A DNA stretch of 63,907 bases, filler included, from Folioceros fuciformis (taxonomy: Eukaryota), in assembly GCA_049999805.1 (NCBI GenBank). It is 9 parts of 9 records of this genome, joined end to end, with 100 filler letters (N's around TTAATTAATTAA, not from the genome) between each part and the next. Parts side by side here need not be neighbours in the genome. Positions count along the whole stretch, not along the records: positions 1 to 6,614 come from JBNGIO010004097.1; positions 6,715 to 14,153 come from JBNGIO010004098.1; 7 more parts are not named here. One strand, given 5' to 3'. Every line of letters starts with the position of its first letter. Position 1 is the first letter of the stretch. A program made the position numbers and the translations under genes. Below, in pieces: positions 1 to 12,483 of this stretch. Under the pieces are notes generated by a model. The model did no database searches, was not told the origin of the DNA, and saw only the letters and a program-made list of their open reading frames with translations.

Positions 1-165
1 ATCTGGACGTGTTGCTGTGCGCTGGAGGATGGCGGATAGGACGAGCCGATTCCGCTGACGCTACTGCTACGGTGGAGGCAAAGACGCGTTCCATGAGCGG
101 TGTGTGAATTTTCGAGCAACGGGCCTGGGCTGGTGGGAGCGCTGGGAAGGTGCGACGACTACGAC

Positions 166-2943
166 ATGGACGCGATTCGGAGTGGCCAGCCGTTCCACTG
201 CGTCATCTGTCTGTACGTAGTCTGGGAAAGAGAGCAGTTGCATTGATGGGGCTTCGATGCGGCCATGAATCATGCCCCTCACGGAGTGCTGTTTTGTGCA
301 GGGAGCTGGTGTACAAGCCGATTGTTCAAGGTGCGTGTACAGCTTATTTGCAGACTCGGAATGTTGAACAAGTGTGTCTCGCTTGTTGCGCATGAAGATC
401 TGACTGACCCTGCTGGTTTTGGTTTCTGCATGCAGCATGTGGTCATCTTTTCTGCTTTTGGTGTGTTCACCAAGCTATGAACTCTTCATCGGAGTCATAC
501 TGTCCACTGTGTAGAAGGCCTTACATGTACTTCCCTAGAATATGTGAACAACTTCACTTCTTCCTCTTGAAAGCCCTACCACTGGAGTACGGGAGCAGAG
601 CTAAAGAGGTGAAAGGTCGGTCCATGCAATAGCCTCTCTGAGTTATCCCCCTCCCTGTATTGCCATCTTTGACTACACCTACAGGTTGGAGGGAATACAC
701 TTGTATGACTGCTATTCCTTGATCTATCAAGGAACTTCTAACCCTTCTTCTTGTTTATGCAGAAGAGGAAAAAAGAAGGGGAGTATTTTCACCACAATTT
801 GAAGGGGAGTGTACCAGCTCGGACGAGCTATCAAAATCAGATAGCCATACCCATCCTCAAACTGCACCTTCCCCAGATTGGGATTGCGGACAGCCTGGGG
901 CTTTACAACTGATCCCGCCACTTGACGCAAGTCCCTCAGTAGATGTCAGTATCATGACAGGTGCGGATTCGTCTGGTCGGGCTGCCAGGGAATTTATTGA
1001 TTCTAGTCCCATGGCAGGAGGTCAAACTTCTGCCATCGTTGTCGCACCGGCTTTTGCCGGTGGAACTTCGGGGGCGGGTATCTTGCTACTTCGAAGTCCC
1101 GAGCCTGACACACCATGGAATTGTCCCTCTCCATTGGCCATGGATTTTACTGGTGCTCAACTCGTTGCTTCAGCCGCATTTACATCAGACAGTAATGGAG
1201 GTGCTCTGGATTTGAGCTCTTTTGTGGCAAATGAGAGCAGGAGCCCGACTTGTGATGCAGGTCACGGTGAAGCCCATTCGCATTCAGAGATGTTGTCAAC
1301 TAACCCTGAAGTGAGGCCTGCCCCGCCTGACTCTACCCCTGTGCTACTCTCCGGTTCCACAACCTCTGCCAGTGGCATTCCATCAAGAGTGGGAAGGGCT
1401 GTCGAAGGCAACAACAGCAGCTCCCTGTCCTCCTCAGGGGAAGTAGGAAGCGCAGGCCCGGAGAATGGGGATGGGGCCGGTTTTGGAATTGAAAGGTCGA
1501 CTACGGAGGCTAATGTAGCCTACGCAGATCGACGTGCAGGTTCACCGAGTACAGAAGTGAATGTATCTGTGCTTGACAACTCTCCTGGGGATGCTCGTGA
1601 CCAGGCACCTGCTACTTCTCACAGAGATACTGCTGCAGGGGCCGCAAGATATGGGGGCAACTCTCAGATTTTACAAAATCTCTTTAGGACATATGAATTC
1701 GTTAGGGAAGGTCTCTTTCCCACAGCATCAGAATCAAATCCTGGACCGGGTTTTGCAAACAGTCAGCAACATGTTGGGGAACTCGCACGGCCTGATCGAA
1801 GTAGTGGTAAAGGTGTTCAGACATTGGGACTCTCGCCCCCACCTCCTAACGGGACCGAACTGGAGGTCGGATGTTCAAGTATCATTTGCAGTGGAGAAGA
1901 AGTAGCCATCCTCCCGCGTCTGCTGGCGGCAGCCTCCCTTTCTGACTTTCTGTGCTCAGCCTGCAACCAGCTTCTGCATCGACCTGTGGTTCTCAACTGC
2001 GGGCACGGTGCGTTCAATGCCTTGTTTGCCACTTGTCCGAACAACTGCTTTTTTCCCAGCTTCTGAAGAGGTTTGCCCCTTGTTATTTTTGCTGGCAGCG
2101 TACTGCAGACTGTGTGTTGTACAATCCGATTGTTCAACTATGAAGTGTCCATCCTGTGGAAGTTTCCACCCAGCAGGCGAGCCACAAGTATGTTTGGAGT
2201 TGCATTACTTCCTTGAACTTGCATTTCTGCAAGAGTATGCTCTGCGGCAAGAGGAGCAGAGTTTACATGAAGAGCAGCGACGCCTGGATAAGGCCTCAAC
2301 CAGTAAAGTTCTATTTTCCTTTCAACTTTCTGCTTGAACTTCATCCTTCATGTAAAGTAACACAGGTACGTATCTGCTGCCGTTGCTGAGTTCATGCCTG
2401 GTTGTCAACAGGTATGGATGACATTGAGGACCCTGTTAGCTCATCAAAAGAGGAAAATAGGGAGCCTGTGCACCGGGGAATTGGCTGTGATGGTTGTGGG
2501 GTAAGATTGCCGTGTATTTCACACGGTTTGTCGAGCTCTTGCCCATCTGAATGCGCAAATCATCTTCCTGATCCCTTCATGCTGTTTTGCAGATGATGCC
2601 AATAGTTGGTCGGAGGTTCCATTGCGAGGACTGCCCCAAAAGTATAGGATACGATTTGTGTGGAAACTGCCATAAAAGTGCAGTGGCCCTCACTGGGGGA
2701 TTTAATCAACGGCATGGGACTGATCATCATATGGTAGAGATGTTTGTCCGCCATCGGAGCTCAATGCCTAGGCTTCTCAGAGAATCAATGGAAATACTAC
2801 AAAACGTAGAGGAGGACGTCTCCCGCCCACGCGCACTGGGTGCTGATGGGTTTGAGGACGCGGAAGTTGATCCTGACGAAGTTGGTGAGCATAGCCAAGA
2901 TGAAGGGGATATTGAATTCTTCAGTGTAGTCTATCATGCATAG
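166..2943 (+). CDS. PRT1: E3 ubiquitin ligase PROTEOLYSIS 1 (RING-RING-ZZ), 7 exons: 166-212, 302-330, 436-615, 763-2007, 2099-2302, 2412-2500, 2593-2943 (~714 aa)
   Basis: Manual splicing at GT-AG sites gives one open frame. RING1 is CVICLELVYKPIVQACGHLFCFWCVH...CPLCRRPYMYFPRIC, followed by EEEKRRGVFSPQF. RING2 is CSACNQLLHRPVVLNCGHAYCRLC...CPSC. The ZZ finger is HRGIGCDGCGMMPIVGRRFHCEDC...YDLCGNC...FNQRH. Domain order matches plant PRT1. Confidence 0.92.
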
Positions 2944-4914
2944 ATCGGTGCATAAGCTGCTTTGTGTTACAAGTCTGAAACACGTAGAGGTGTCAAATGA
3001 TCAGCTTTCGTGACAAGTATATGTTGTTTTCAGCAGTTGCCCGATTACCAATTTGAGTTTCATGTATTCCTCACCTGAACTTTTGAGGGACTCATACTGT
3101 GACAGAAAGAAAAAAGCGGTGCGTATTTGTTACAGGAAAAATATTTGTATACATAGAATGAATAAATACAGATATGTATATGGATAATAAGTTGATTATA
3201 CAATGCTTTACAATTTCTTTCTTGAATATTTTAAAGGATGTAAATACATATATTTATTATCCAGTTGACATGTTTTGTTAACTTTGTTTGGATCCATAGT
3301 TGGGATGGTATTGGTGGTGGTTGTGTAATTGCAAGTGCTTACTAATAATACAAAGATTATGTAATTTTAAAAATATCATTTTCACAAAGTAATAGACTAG
3401 AATTATAGTCAGAATTGTTCGAAGGGGCTATTACCCTTTAAGCTTTGCTCGAGTTGTTTCACGGGTTCCGGGTTTCTCCAATCTTTGGAGAAAGACTTTT
3501 CATCTCTTTTTCAATAATCATGATTGCAAGTGCTTACTAATAATAACAAAGATTATGTAATTTTAAAACTATTATTTTCATAAAAGAATAAACCAAAACC
3601 ATAGTCATAAGGAAAACAATCTTGTGGGCTATACATATTGCATATATTATTTTCAATCTATATAAATTATGATATATTTCCATTCATTCTAGAAGAAGAG
3701 AACACCTAAATTTTGCAATGCTTGAATTTACTTTCTTGAGTTTTACACCTTGCACCATTTATAACTCCCTTGACCTTGTTTGACTAAAATGATCTCGCAA
3801 TACTTCTTTAGTTGACTTTTTTTTGTAATGGATTTCTATGTTACTTTTGCTTAGTCTTAAAGAATGGTTTAGTCATGATTTTCTTGGTTGTTGCTCCAAG
3901 CACAAGAGTGCGAGCTAGTAAAGGGCTATATGCTTGGAGCCCACATGTATGGAGATATATGGAGGGTGTGACTAAGAGTACAAGACAAAGACTCTTTGGG
4001 CAATTCAAGGACATTAACATGTTAACTTGGATGTGTAGTACTTGTTTAGTTTATCCATGGAGCAAGTGCAAAAATAGCAAAGCAATTGCCATAGTATTGC
4101 AAGTTATGATATCTACAACAAGGAAGAAAATCTAGATAAAGCACATATCTCGTGTAGCACTAAACGGCATATCTAAGCTTTTCAAGCTAGTCACAGCTCA
4201 CCATAAATTTAGTGCTACACAAGACATGTCCTAGCATAACACTCAACAATAAGAAGGGATAGAGCTACAACACCAAAATGTATTAATAAATGTGTGCACA
4301 CTCACCAAGGACAATCCTTCACTTTTGGCACCCTATTAGAATCCACTCCAATTATAAAGGTAAAGTTTCCACAACCTAATTGCTAGTGGTTAGGGATTTT
4401 TTTCCTTCATTTTTCTCTTGGACGACGATCTAATTGATGTATTGATGTGAATCTTATGATGTTCTACTACATTTGCCCCAATCATTTTCGTCACATTTTT
4501 CATTGCTGATGTTCTCTCCTGTTTCTTAGAAGAGTGGGAGGAATGAGCTCCTTTCTTAGAAGAGTGGGTGGAATGAGCTCCTTCACTATGTCAATTCTTA
4601 ACTTTGTGACCTCCCTTTAGTACCACCCTAGTTTAGCCACCTTTGTCATAGATGTACTCCTCAACTTGTGATGCCTCCTTCAAGACTACATTCTCCATCT
4701 TGACCTACTTCTCAATGACCTTATCCCTCAACTCAATCATGAGTGTGGCTATCTTTAGAGCTTGGCTTGTGTAGTCCGATATAGTTGAAACTTTAGCTAG
4801 TGTTTATTTGTAGTTGGGTCTCTGAAATATCCTTCTCCCATTTTCTCTTGGTGTTGGTGGCCTCCAACTCCTTGCATTGCCTAGTGACTTTTGTTAGTGC
4901 CTTGTCCCTACTCC

Positions 4915-5065
4915 ATAGAATGCATAATTTGCTATTAATGATAATATGAGAATGATGTTTTACTTGCTTTACTCTACAGAATGCATAATGTGCTATTAAT
5001 GATGATATGAGAATGATGTTTCACGTTGCTTTACTATATAGAATGCATAATTTGTTATTAATGTT
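4915..5065. repeat. AT-rich tandem repeat, ~61-bp unit, ~2.5 copies
   Basis: AGAATGCATAAT(T)TGCTATTAATG recurs at ~4917, ~4978 and ~5040. Confidence 0.7.
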
Positions 5066-5215
5066 TCATGGTGCTTTAAGACACGGGCTAAATTGATTCA
5101 CCATCATATCCCCATCATTATTGTGTAATGGTGTTAAACTTCATACTCATGGTTCATTAGTTAATCATTACTGGAGAGTTATATATATAGTATATATATA
5201 TATATATACACACAC

Positions 5216-6614
5216 AAAACTACAGCACCATGTGCCAAAGGCAAAAGCCAAGGGTAAAAGGAGGTACTCTCCCTTGCGAATGTTATTTTTAAAAACTACC
5301 TACTACTCCCAAAATGTCATGATGTAGAATAACAAAAGGCCTACCTACCACTGGTGGCGAAGAAGCCGCTTGACCTGCGCTTGTTGCTGTTCTAAAAACT
5401 GCATTGGCCAATACTCGTTGCAAAGCAATGGATACACGTTGTCGAAAGAAGGCCACCACAGAGGACAGAGGGAGAACACCATTCCTATTGTTCTGATAAA
5501 CCATGGCACACTCCGAGAGAACACCATTCCTATTGTTCTGATAAACCATGGCACACTCCGGGAGAACACCATTCCTATTGTTCTGATAAACCATGGCACA
5601 CTCCNNNNNNNNNNCCGGGAGAACACCATTCCTATTGTTCTGATAAACCATGGCACACTCCTTGATAAACCTTGAAAAGTTCTTGCTCATAGCTCCATGA
5701 GTCTCAAGAGCAAGGGGGATGAAAGTATGCCCATCTTGCGAGGGAGAATACTTATGGACTTTGGCACTTGCACAACCCTCTTCTGCCCAACCAGGGGGGT
5801 TGATGATGACGTGCTCACAAATCGAATCCTTAGTAGGATCTGTAACAACCACATCAGCAACACAAACTTGTTCTCCCATAGTGAAGAAAAGATTGGCTCT
5901 AAGTGAAACCCCATTGCGCAAAGTATATGACAGAAGAAACCCACACTCCCTAGCCATTGAGAACATGACATCCCGAACAGCATCATGAGTGGGAATGCGG
6001 TCCCCCCCAATAGGCAACGTGCCAAATGAGACCATGTATCGACAATGGCAACCTCACAACTGCATGTAGAGAGAAAAAGCCAGAGGGTGGGCCAAACCTA
6101 AGCGAAATCTCATCGCGGTGGCGAAAGTTGCTGGTGCGATTCGAAACGCCTGGATGCAAGGTCGAGTTAAAAGCCAAGAGCCCGCTCCTTTACCTGAACA
6201 AGATCGAATACGAGCTCGAGAAGACCTAGGGATGGATGAGTCTGAAAGAAGAACTATTAGTACTTGGCCATATTGCTTTTCTAGGAGGGAGGCTTGAAGA
6301 CCCTTCAACCCTTCCCTAGAAAAGGACGTGAAAGGAGGTAGAGCCTCACGAGCCTCCAAAGGTAGAGAATCCCTCACTTGCCTAAGAGACACTTGTAAAG
6401 GGAAAATGCCCTCCTCAATACCTGAAATAAAACTTTCAAGAACAGGGGAATCTTGTAGCAAAAAACGAGAGGCCAAAATTGGAGCTGAGAGGGCCTAGCT
6501 GCCGAGAAAGGCAACTGGGGCAGAGGCCTCCATGACCAAAAGACCAACCCCTCCAAAGGCGGCTGGCAAAGAAGCCTGCTTATGAGCGAAATCACCGACA
6601 GCACACTCGAAGGT
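5216..6614 (-). mobile_element. 3' part of a non-LTR retrotransposon with a restriction-like endonuclease (CRE-like), frameshifted
   Basis: Minus-strand frames give GAGSWL...MRFRLGL, a C-x-C...H-x3-C finger, THDAVRD, ADVVVTDP, K-HKY, FIPLALETHG and FRQRVSIALQR. The 3' end runs into a (TG)n(TA)n microsatellite at ~5180-5216. The 5' side is cut by an assembly gap. Confidence 0.8.
5470..5661 (-). repeat. In-frame 45-bp tandem repeat (ECAMVYQNNRNGVLP x4) inside the LINE endonuclease
   Basis: Three contiguous copies, one with a P>S change, plus a fourth after a 10-N gap. Confidence 0.8.
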
Positions 6615-6714
6615 NNNNNNNNNNNNNNNNNNNNNNNNNNNNNNNNNNNNNNNNNNNNTTAATTAATTAANNNNNNNNNNNNNNNNNNNNNNNNNNNNNN
6701 NNNNNNNNNNNNNN

Positions 6715-9536
6715 GGCCCTAATGAATAGTGCCCTAAATCTAGACTTATTTCATCACTCCCCTGCCACCCAGGCCCATCTGGTTCCATCCTGTAGAGCTC
6801 ACTTCCGTTGCAAGTGAATGGTCTTGCGTAGTGCACAAACAGCTGCACTTGTTGCTTTGACAAATCTTGCGGGAATGACTCCCGTCTCCAGGAATTCTAG
6901 CACTTTTTGATAGGTGGGTCTGATGAAGCCGACCCTCCCCTTCTCATTTCCAGTGCGCCTTCATTCTCAGATCATCTTCGGTTAGGCACGGCCGCTTCAT
7001 CCTCCATCTCTGCCGCGAACAGTGTTTCATCGGGAAACTCATCTTCCTGATCCTACACCACCTCCTCCATCTACAGTCGCGAGAGGTAATCAGCGTTTAC
7101 ATGCTTCCGCCCCTCTCTGGTTTCCACTATAAAGGTGAACTTCTAGAGCAATAGGATCCACCTGGCGATCTTCTCCGACAAATCTACCTTATTCACTAGG
7201 TGCTTAAGTGCGAAGTGGTCCACATGAAAAACAAATTCGTACGAGATCAGGTAATGGCGGAATTTCCTAACTGAATATACCATCCCCAGCGCTTCCCTCC
7301 CGACTGGTGCCATTTTCGACATGTCCGCCAGTCGCAAACCCTTGGCTGTATGCTCGATCTCCAATCCCAACTTCCGGGCTGTGTCTTCTGTCATGATGTT
7401 CACTCCAGACCCTGTGTCCAGAGGTACCTTCTTAATCACACACCCTGCAATCTCGATCTGTAACTCCGCCTGGTCCTTGGTCTGCCATAGCCACTAAATT
7501 CACGGAGTGAGCCCTCGGCCTCACCCTTGGTAGGCTCTACTTCCTCTTGGGCTATGCCATCTTCAGCGCGCATCGCAGCTGCTGTCTGTATCGCGGTGTG
7601 TCTTGAAGTAGTTGGCCAAAAGTCACCATGAATTTTTGATCCATGATGGCTTCCGCCAAATCAAGAACCTCCTACACTCGCGTCCTCCCCTTCTCAGCTT
7701 CTGCTCCAGGTCAATCGTTCTTCTTTCTAGGCCCCTCCTGATTTCCCACAGTCGCTGAGTCTAGTTGCCCTTCACCGACCGTTGCTAAGCGCACAGGAGT
7801 CTAGTCCAGCTCTTCCCGAATCATCTCCGCCACTTCCCTTCGAACATCTGGAGGAAAACCCAGTGGTCCTCATTCCCATTGATGCGTTGTTGCACAAGTG
7901 TGGAGGATAGGACGTCTTCGGGTACCCCACCATTGGAGTCACCTCCTAAATTTGGTAGTTGTCTTCTAGGTATGCTTGCTCCTCCCCCTCCTCGTACTCC
8001 ATCAACTGCACCTTCACTTGCGGACAACTCGCCCTTGAGTGGCCCAGCTGCCCACAAGTCAAACCGAAGAGGTTAGCTCTTCCCCTCATCGCGGCTCTCC
8101 GCCTTTTGTGGTCCTTCACAGCATTGATTTGCAACTTCTCCAACTTGGACAGCATCTCCTCCATTTTGTTCCCTTGCTGCTCAACCTTTTTGGCTGCCAA
8201 CTCCACCTCTTTCCTCACTTGTTCGGCTCCCCTTCTCGCGCTCGCAGACTCTGGCTTTGTCTTCCCCGACTCCTTGCTCTTGGACTAGTGCTTCCGACTC
8301 GATCCTACCTTCGACAACTTTTTATTTTTCCTTCGCCTCCTCTCATCCCCAGATGATTCTTCCTCTGAGCTAAGTGACTCCTCGGCTGATGAGCTGTCTA
8401 AGAAAGCACTGGAGGAGTCTTCTCCTTCTGACGAGTCATCTTCTGAGGTAGAAGAGTACTTCTTCTTCCCCCTCTGATTCTTCTTTTTCCCATCGCGACT
8501 CCGCTTCTCCTCCTTGCGCGATTTTTTCTTCACCATGGTGTTAGACTCCTCGTAGTTCAGCGCTGCCCGTATCGCTCTCTCCAGGTCCTTCTCCGCTTGC
8601 AGGCGCACGTGCCTCCCCATGGCTGACCCCTGATCTCTTGCAAACCACCGTATGGCCATCAGCTCTGAGTGAGGTCCTGCTCGATCTCGCAGACTGTGGA
8701 ATCTCTCCACATAAGCTTGCAGTGTCTCCCTTTGTCTTTGTCGCAGCCGCTCTAGTTTAGACAGGACATAGCCTTCCAAATTCACTCCTCGAAATCTTTC
8801 ACAAAAAGCTCTCTTGAGCGCGTCGAAAATAGCTGGTGGTGTGGCCGTCTTGAGGTACTCTCATTTGCACCACTTAGCTGCGGCTCCTTGCATAACTCCA
8901 TAGAACAACTGCACACGCTGCGCATCACCCGCCTCCTAGTTCGAAATTGTCAGTAGCTCAAAACGCTCCACAAAATTGTCAGGATCCTCATACCCCTTCC
9001 TCTCTCCATACAGTGGGTAGGACTATTTAGTGGTCACGGCTACTAGGGTAGTGTTCATGGCTACCGCCATTGTGTTTACAACTACCGGGGTAGCTGCTAC
9101 AACTACCGAACCCGTACCAACTACGGATCCCACGAAATTTGTCTGAACGGCAACTGGACCGGGCTGGTTGGAATGGGTCTCAACCCTTGGACGTAGGTTA
9201 GAGTACCTGATCCCAAATACCTCTTCCTCCTCAATCGGTTCAGCTTCGGGGGAAGGTTGCCTTTCCGCGACGACTTGACTCCTTGGCTCCCTTCTTCGCA
9301 CAGCAGATACACGCTCCCTCTACGTCCTTTGGGAAACTCTCTGTAGCCTTTCTGCCGCCTCTCCAACAGTGGTTCTCCCAAGTCATACTCCGAGTCGCTG
9401 ATCCTTTCTCGAGGCATCCATCAACCCACGACTACCTACACTCTCTATCCAGGCTAATCTAAGCTTTCTACTCAACTGTTAGTCACTCCTACCTGTGTTT
9501 CTAACATTGATTAATTCCTTGGCAATGGCGCAAAAA
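6715..9536 (-). mobile_element. Decayed Ty3/gypsy (Athila/Tat-like) internal region: gag, zinc knuckle, protease, RNase H, start of integrase
   Basis: Gag motif LRQRQRETLQAYVERF, knuckle TCGQLGHSRASC, protease LDTGSG, RNase H REALGMVYSVRKFRHYL...DHFALKHL. Many stops. No RT is visible. Confidence 0.85.
9515..9536 (-). promoter_or_regulatory. Primer-binding site of the gypsy element; its 5' LTR ends at 9537
   Basis: Minus strand reads ...CCCCACA|TTTTTGCGCCATTGCCAAGGAA, resembling the Athila-type PBS TTTTTGGCGCCGTTGCCGGGGA directly after a CA LTR end. The far LTR boundary could not be fixed. Confidence 0.6.
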
Positions 9537-11230
9537 TGTGGGGGAAAATATTGCACCCGAGGGTGCTGCGAGGTCCACACAAACCCTCTTTGTCGTTATA
9601 GCATTGGGATTCGATCCCAAGGGAATGATTTGTGCTAAAGAACATAGGTTTTTCTCTCAAAGTTAGGTACTACCCAAGGTCAGGCTTTACCTACCTCCCA
9701 CTCCTCTACCTGCCGTTCAACTACCGCTACCTCCATTGCGGCCCAGCTACCTCGGTCCCTGAACTACCCTCCGGACTCACTCAACTACCGGTGGGGGGGG
9801 CGGGGGGGTCTTCAACTACCGACTTCCTAGCTACCCCGGAGGCACTTCCACTACCTCGACTCTCGCCTACCTTGGTCGTTACTCCACAATGGTAGCGGAC
9901 TCCACTACCTCGGTGGGTCCCACTCTCTCTTTCTCTCTCTCTCTCTCTAGGTGCGACTTACCTCTCCTGGTCTCGCTCAAGGTCTAAACAGCACTCCAGG
10001 GTCTCACACTACCCCAGCTTTCACAGTCAATTAGCCACTCCCACCAATGGTCGCCCTCACCTCCGACCCCCGCCTTCTCACACTCAGGGTTTCTCCAGCC
10101 AACCTCACACCCATCCACAGCCACGATTCAACTACTCTCTCTGCTCGTGGACAACGCTCTACGGGACTCTTCACACGACCCTCACTTTGTGTGCTCAACA
10201 GACTCTCAGCCAAATCCCTCACACTATCAAACTTAATGCACACCAGCTTCTCGGTCACTGTCCAGCGACAACTCGCTCACCGCGAGCTCACTTACCTTCG
10301 GTCATACACACACCCTCAGCAGCACTCGGTTCCACCAGGACCGCACCACAGGTGCACAACACCTTTGGCCGCGACACCCCGATCTCCTCCCACTCGCACG
10401 CCTTACTCAGGAAAACCCAGGCCAGAACACTTCACTCACAGTTCACTTACATTCCACTCCACAACACATCAGACACATATACATTCAGCCCCGCCCTCGT
10501 CTCTCAGGCACACACCCATAGCGCACAGCCACGCCGGTCCTCAGCCTCTCAGGTTCTTCAACACTCCGGTCACTCTTCCGTCGGCCACATTCACGACTCC
10601 ACCGCGCAACGCACCCACAAACTCAGACTTACCTCACATCTTCCACACTCGCCAACTTTTCTCCTCTCCACGCACTTTCTCCTTTCAGCCACTCTTGCAC
10701 ACTCAACTTCAACTGGTTCACTTCTCTCATCTTTCCTTTCTCCAACTCATCCACCCTAGGCCTTCTCCTCCTTCTCAGAATTTATGGGAATGGTAGGAAC
10801 ATTGGGGGCTAAGGGAAGCTATTGCCACTTCCACTCCGCGCTGGCAGATTCGGCCCCTCTTGCCCCACCACCCTACGCAACAGTAACGGGGATAGCTGGG
10901 AAGCGCGGCTTCCACTCAGCGAGGCTCCTCCTCCCGATTCGTCCCCAAAACCTCCGTCACGAAGCAGCCACCACCTGCACTCCACACCCTCAGAACACTA
11001 CTTGCGCTCGCCTGCTTGGTCCAGCAGCGGCTATCGCTAGGCTTTCGCAAGGTTGGAATGTCAGGATAGTTTTTGCTGAATTTTTTGAGGCCCAACCCAG
11101 CCTCTTGTACACGCTAGTGGCGGGTTCTTTCTGCCATAAAGTCTGTTAGGGGGTCAGTCAGCACTCTTAATTTTGAGCGGCTTAGGTCCAAGCAAAAGCA
11201 ACCTAAAAAAACTATCCTATGATGCATTTA

Positions 11231-12250
11231 CTATCGCCTCTCTCCTTGTCGCGGTCGCCTCCCTCCTGGCCGTCGCGCTCCTCCCCTCACTGGCCCGCCT
11301 CTGGCCCTCCTACCCCGCCATTGGTCGAGCAGATCCTCCCATAGGATCTCCACCTCGCTGCTGCTGGACCTCGCTGGCGGCGGCGCAGGTGGGTCCCATC
11401 GTAGGGAACTCCTCTCCTCCCTCCGTCGCCTATTGCTTAGGATGAGGATAGGCTCCCACTCAACCCACTGCTGGGCCTCCTCGTCAGTCAGCTCCACCAT
11501 GACTGCCTCGGAATACCAGTGAGGTAGTCCCCACACCCTCCAGCAGTAGTGGTACGACCCCTTGCGGGTCCTTAGTTGCAGGCTGTAGCCCTGCGTCCCT
11601 CCTAAGCCCATACACACATATAAAAACACTTTTAGTACTCGGGCTCCTTCCACATAGAGGCCTGGCACATAAGAGGCCTCCTCCTCATACTGTAGCACAA
11701 TCCGACCCTTTGTTGCAAAGGAAGTGCTTACCCTTCCTCCCTTGGGCTACCTTGGGTTGCCTGCCCTCTGTTCTCCTAGGGTGCTGGAGGTTCGTCCATT
11801 CCCCCAGCTGCCGCTTCGCCCTGCTCAGTCCTTCTGGCTCGCGTTGCCCTTCCAGAACGTCGGGTCGCAGGCGCCTCCACTACCACCTCTTCGACTACCG
11901 GGGTCGGGGCTTCCGCTACTGGCATTGTCTCTCCTCTACCNNNNNNNNNNNNNNNNNNNNNNNNNNNNNNNNNNNNNNNNNNNNNNNNNNNNNNNNNNNN
12001 NNNNNNNNNNNNNNNNNNNNNNNNNNNNNNNNNNNNNNNNCCTTTCCCTTCACCCGCTCTTTGGCCTCGTCCCGTTCTCGCTTGTACTTGTCAGCCAACT
12101 TTTGGGCTTGCTCCACCGAGGCTGCTTCTTGCTCCTGTGCCCTGGCTACCTCCTGTTGCATCTCCAAGTTAGTGCCATGGGCTTCCCTCACCTGAGCTAG
12201 GAGCAACTCCTGCTGCTCCTTCAGTGCCTGAACTTCTGCCCTTACCTGGG
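11231..12250 (-). mobile_element. Decayed coiled-coil / Arg-rich accessory ORF, probably gypsy-associated
   Basis: QQELLLAQVREAHGTNLEMQQEVARAQEQE...KYKRERDEAKE and an Arg/Gly-rich C-terminus. Lies next to the gypsy LTR region. No recognisable enzyme motif. Confidence 0.35.
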
Positions 12251-12274
12251 GGGCTGTTAAACCCCATAAGGGAT

Positions 12275-12483
12275 AGTTAGAAATAATAGCAGGCCATGTT
12301 GGTTCTGTACCACTATGGTTAGTCAGCTAGACCTAGCAACTGAGTTAGTATACGTAGTTAGCTAGGCTAGCGAAAGGACACACCCCTTACGAGACCACCT
12401 ATAAAAGCCCACCTATGAACACACTTAGTTTAATTGTTAATATAGCATCTTTGTTTAAGACGCTTTCGCATGCAATTCTAACT
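12275..12483 (+). mobile_element. 209-bp 5' LTR with AGT...ACT termini, followed by a tRNA-iMet PBS (12484-12495); internal region continues to the gap at 14154
   Basis: Starts AGTTAGAA, ends TTCTAACT, then TGGTATCAGAGC. Similar in sequence and length to the LTRs at 42432 and 46576 (shared TGGTTCTGTA, GGTTAGTC, CTAGACCTAG and CACCCCTT blocks). Confidence 0.85.

Noticed and set aside
6659-6670. Palindromic TTAATTAATTAA centred in N-runs, recurring at ~14198, 22766, 37997, 49182, 55458, 60988 and 62716
   Set aside because: Sits centred in 100-nt gap spacers (44 N + 12 + 44 N where counted) and has stops in all six frames: an artificial contig-joining linker, not biology.
10047-11149. Long His/Thr/Pro-rich ORFs in the ORF track
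   Set aside because: They arise from C/A-rich low-complexity LTR-region sequence and have no domain motifs.
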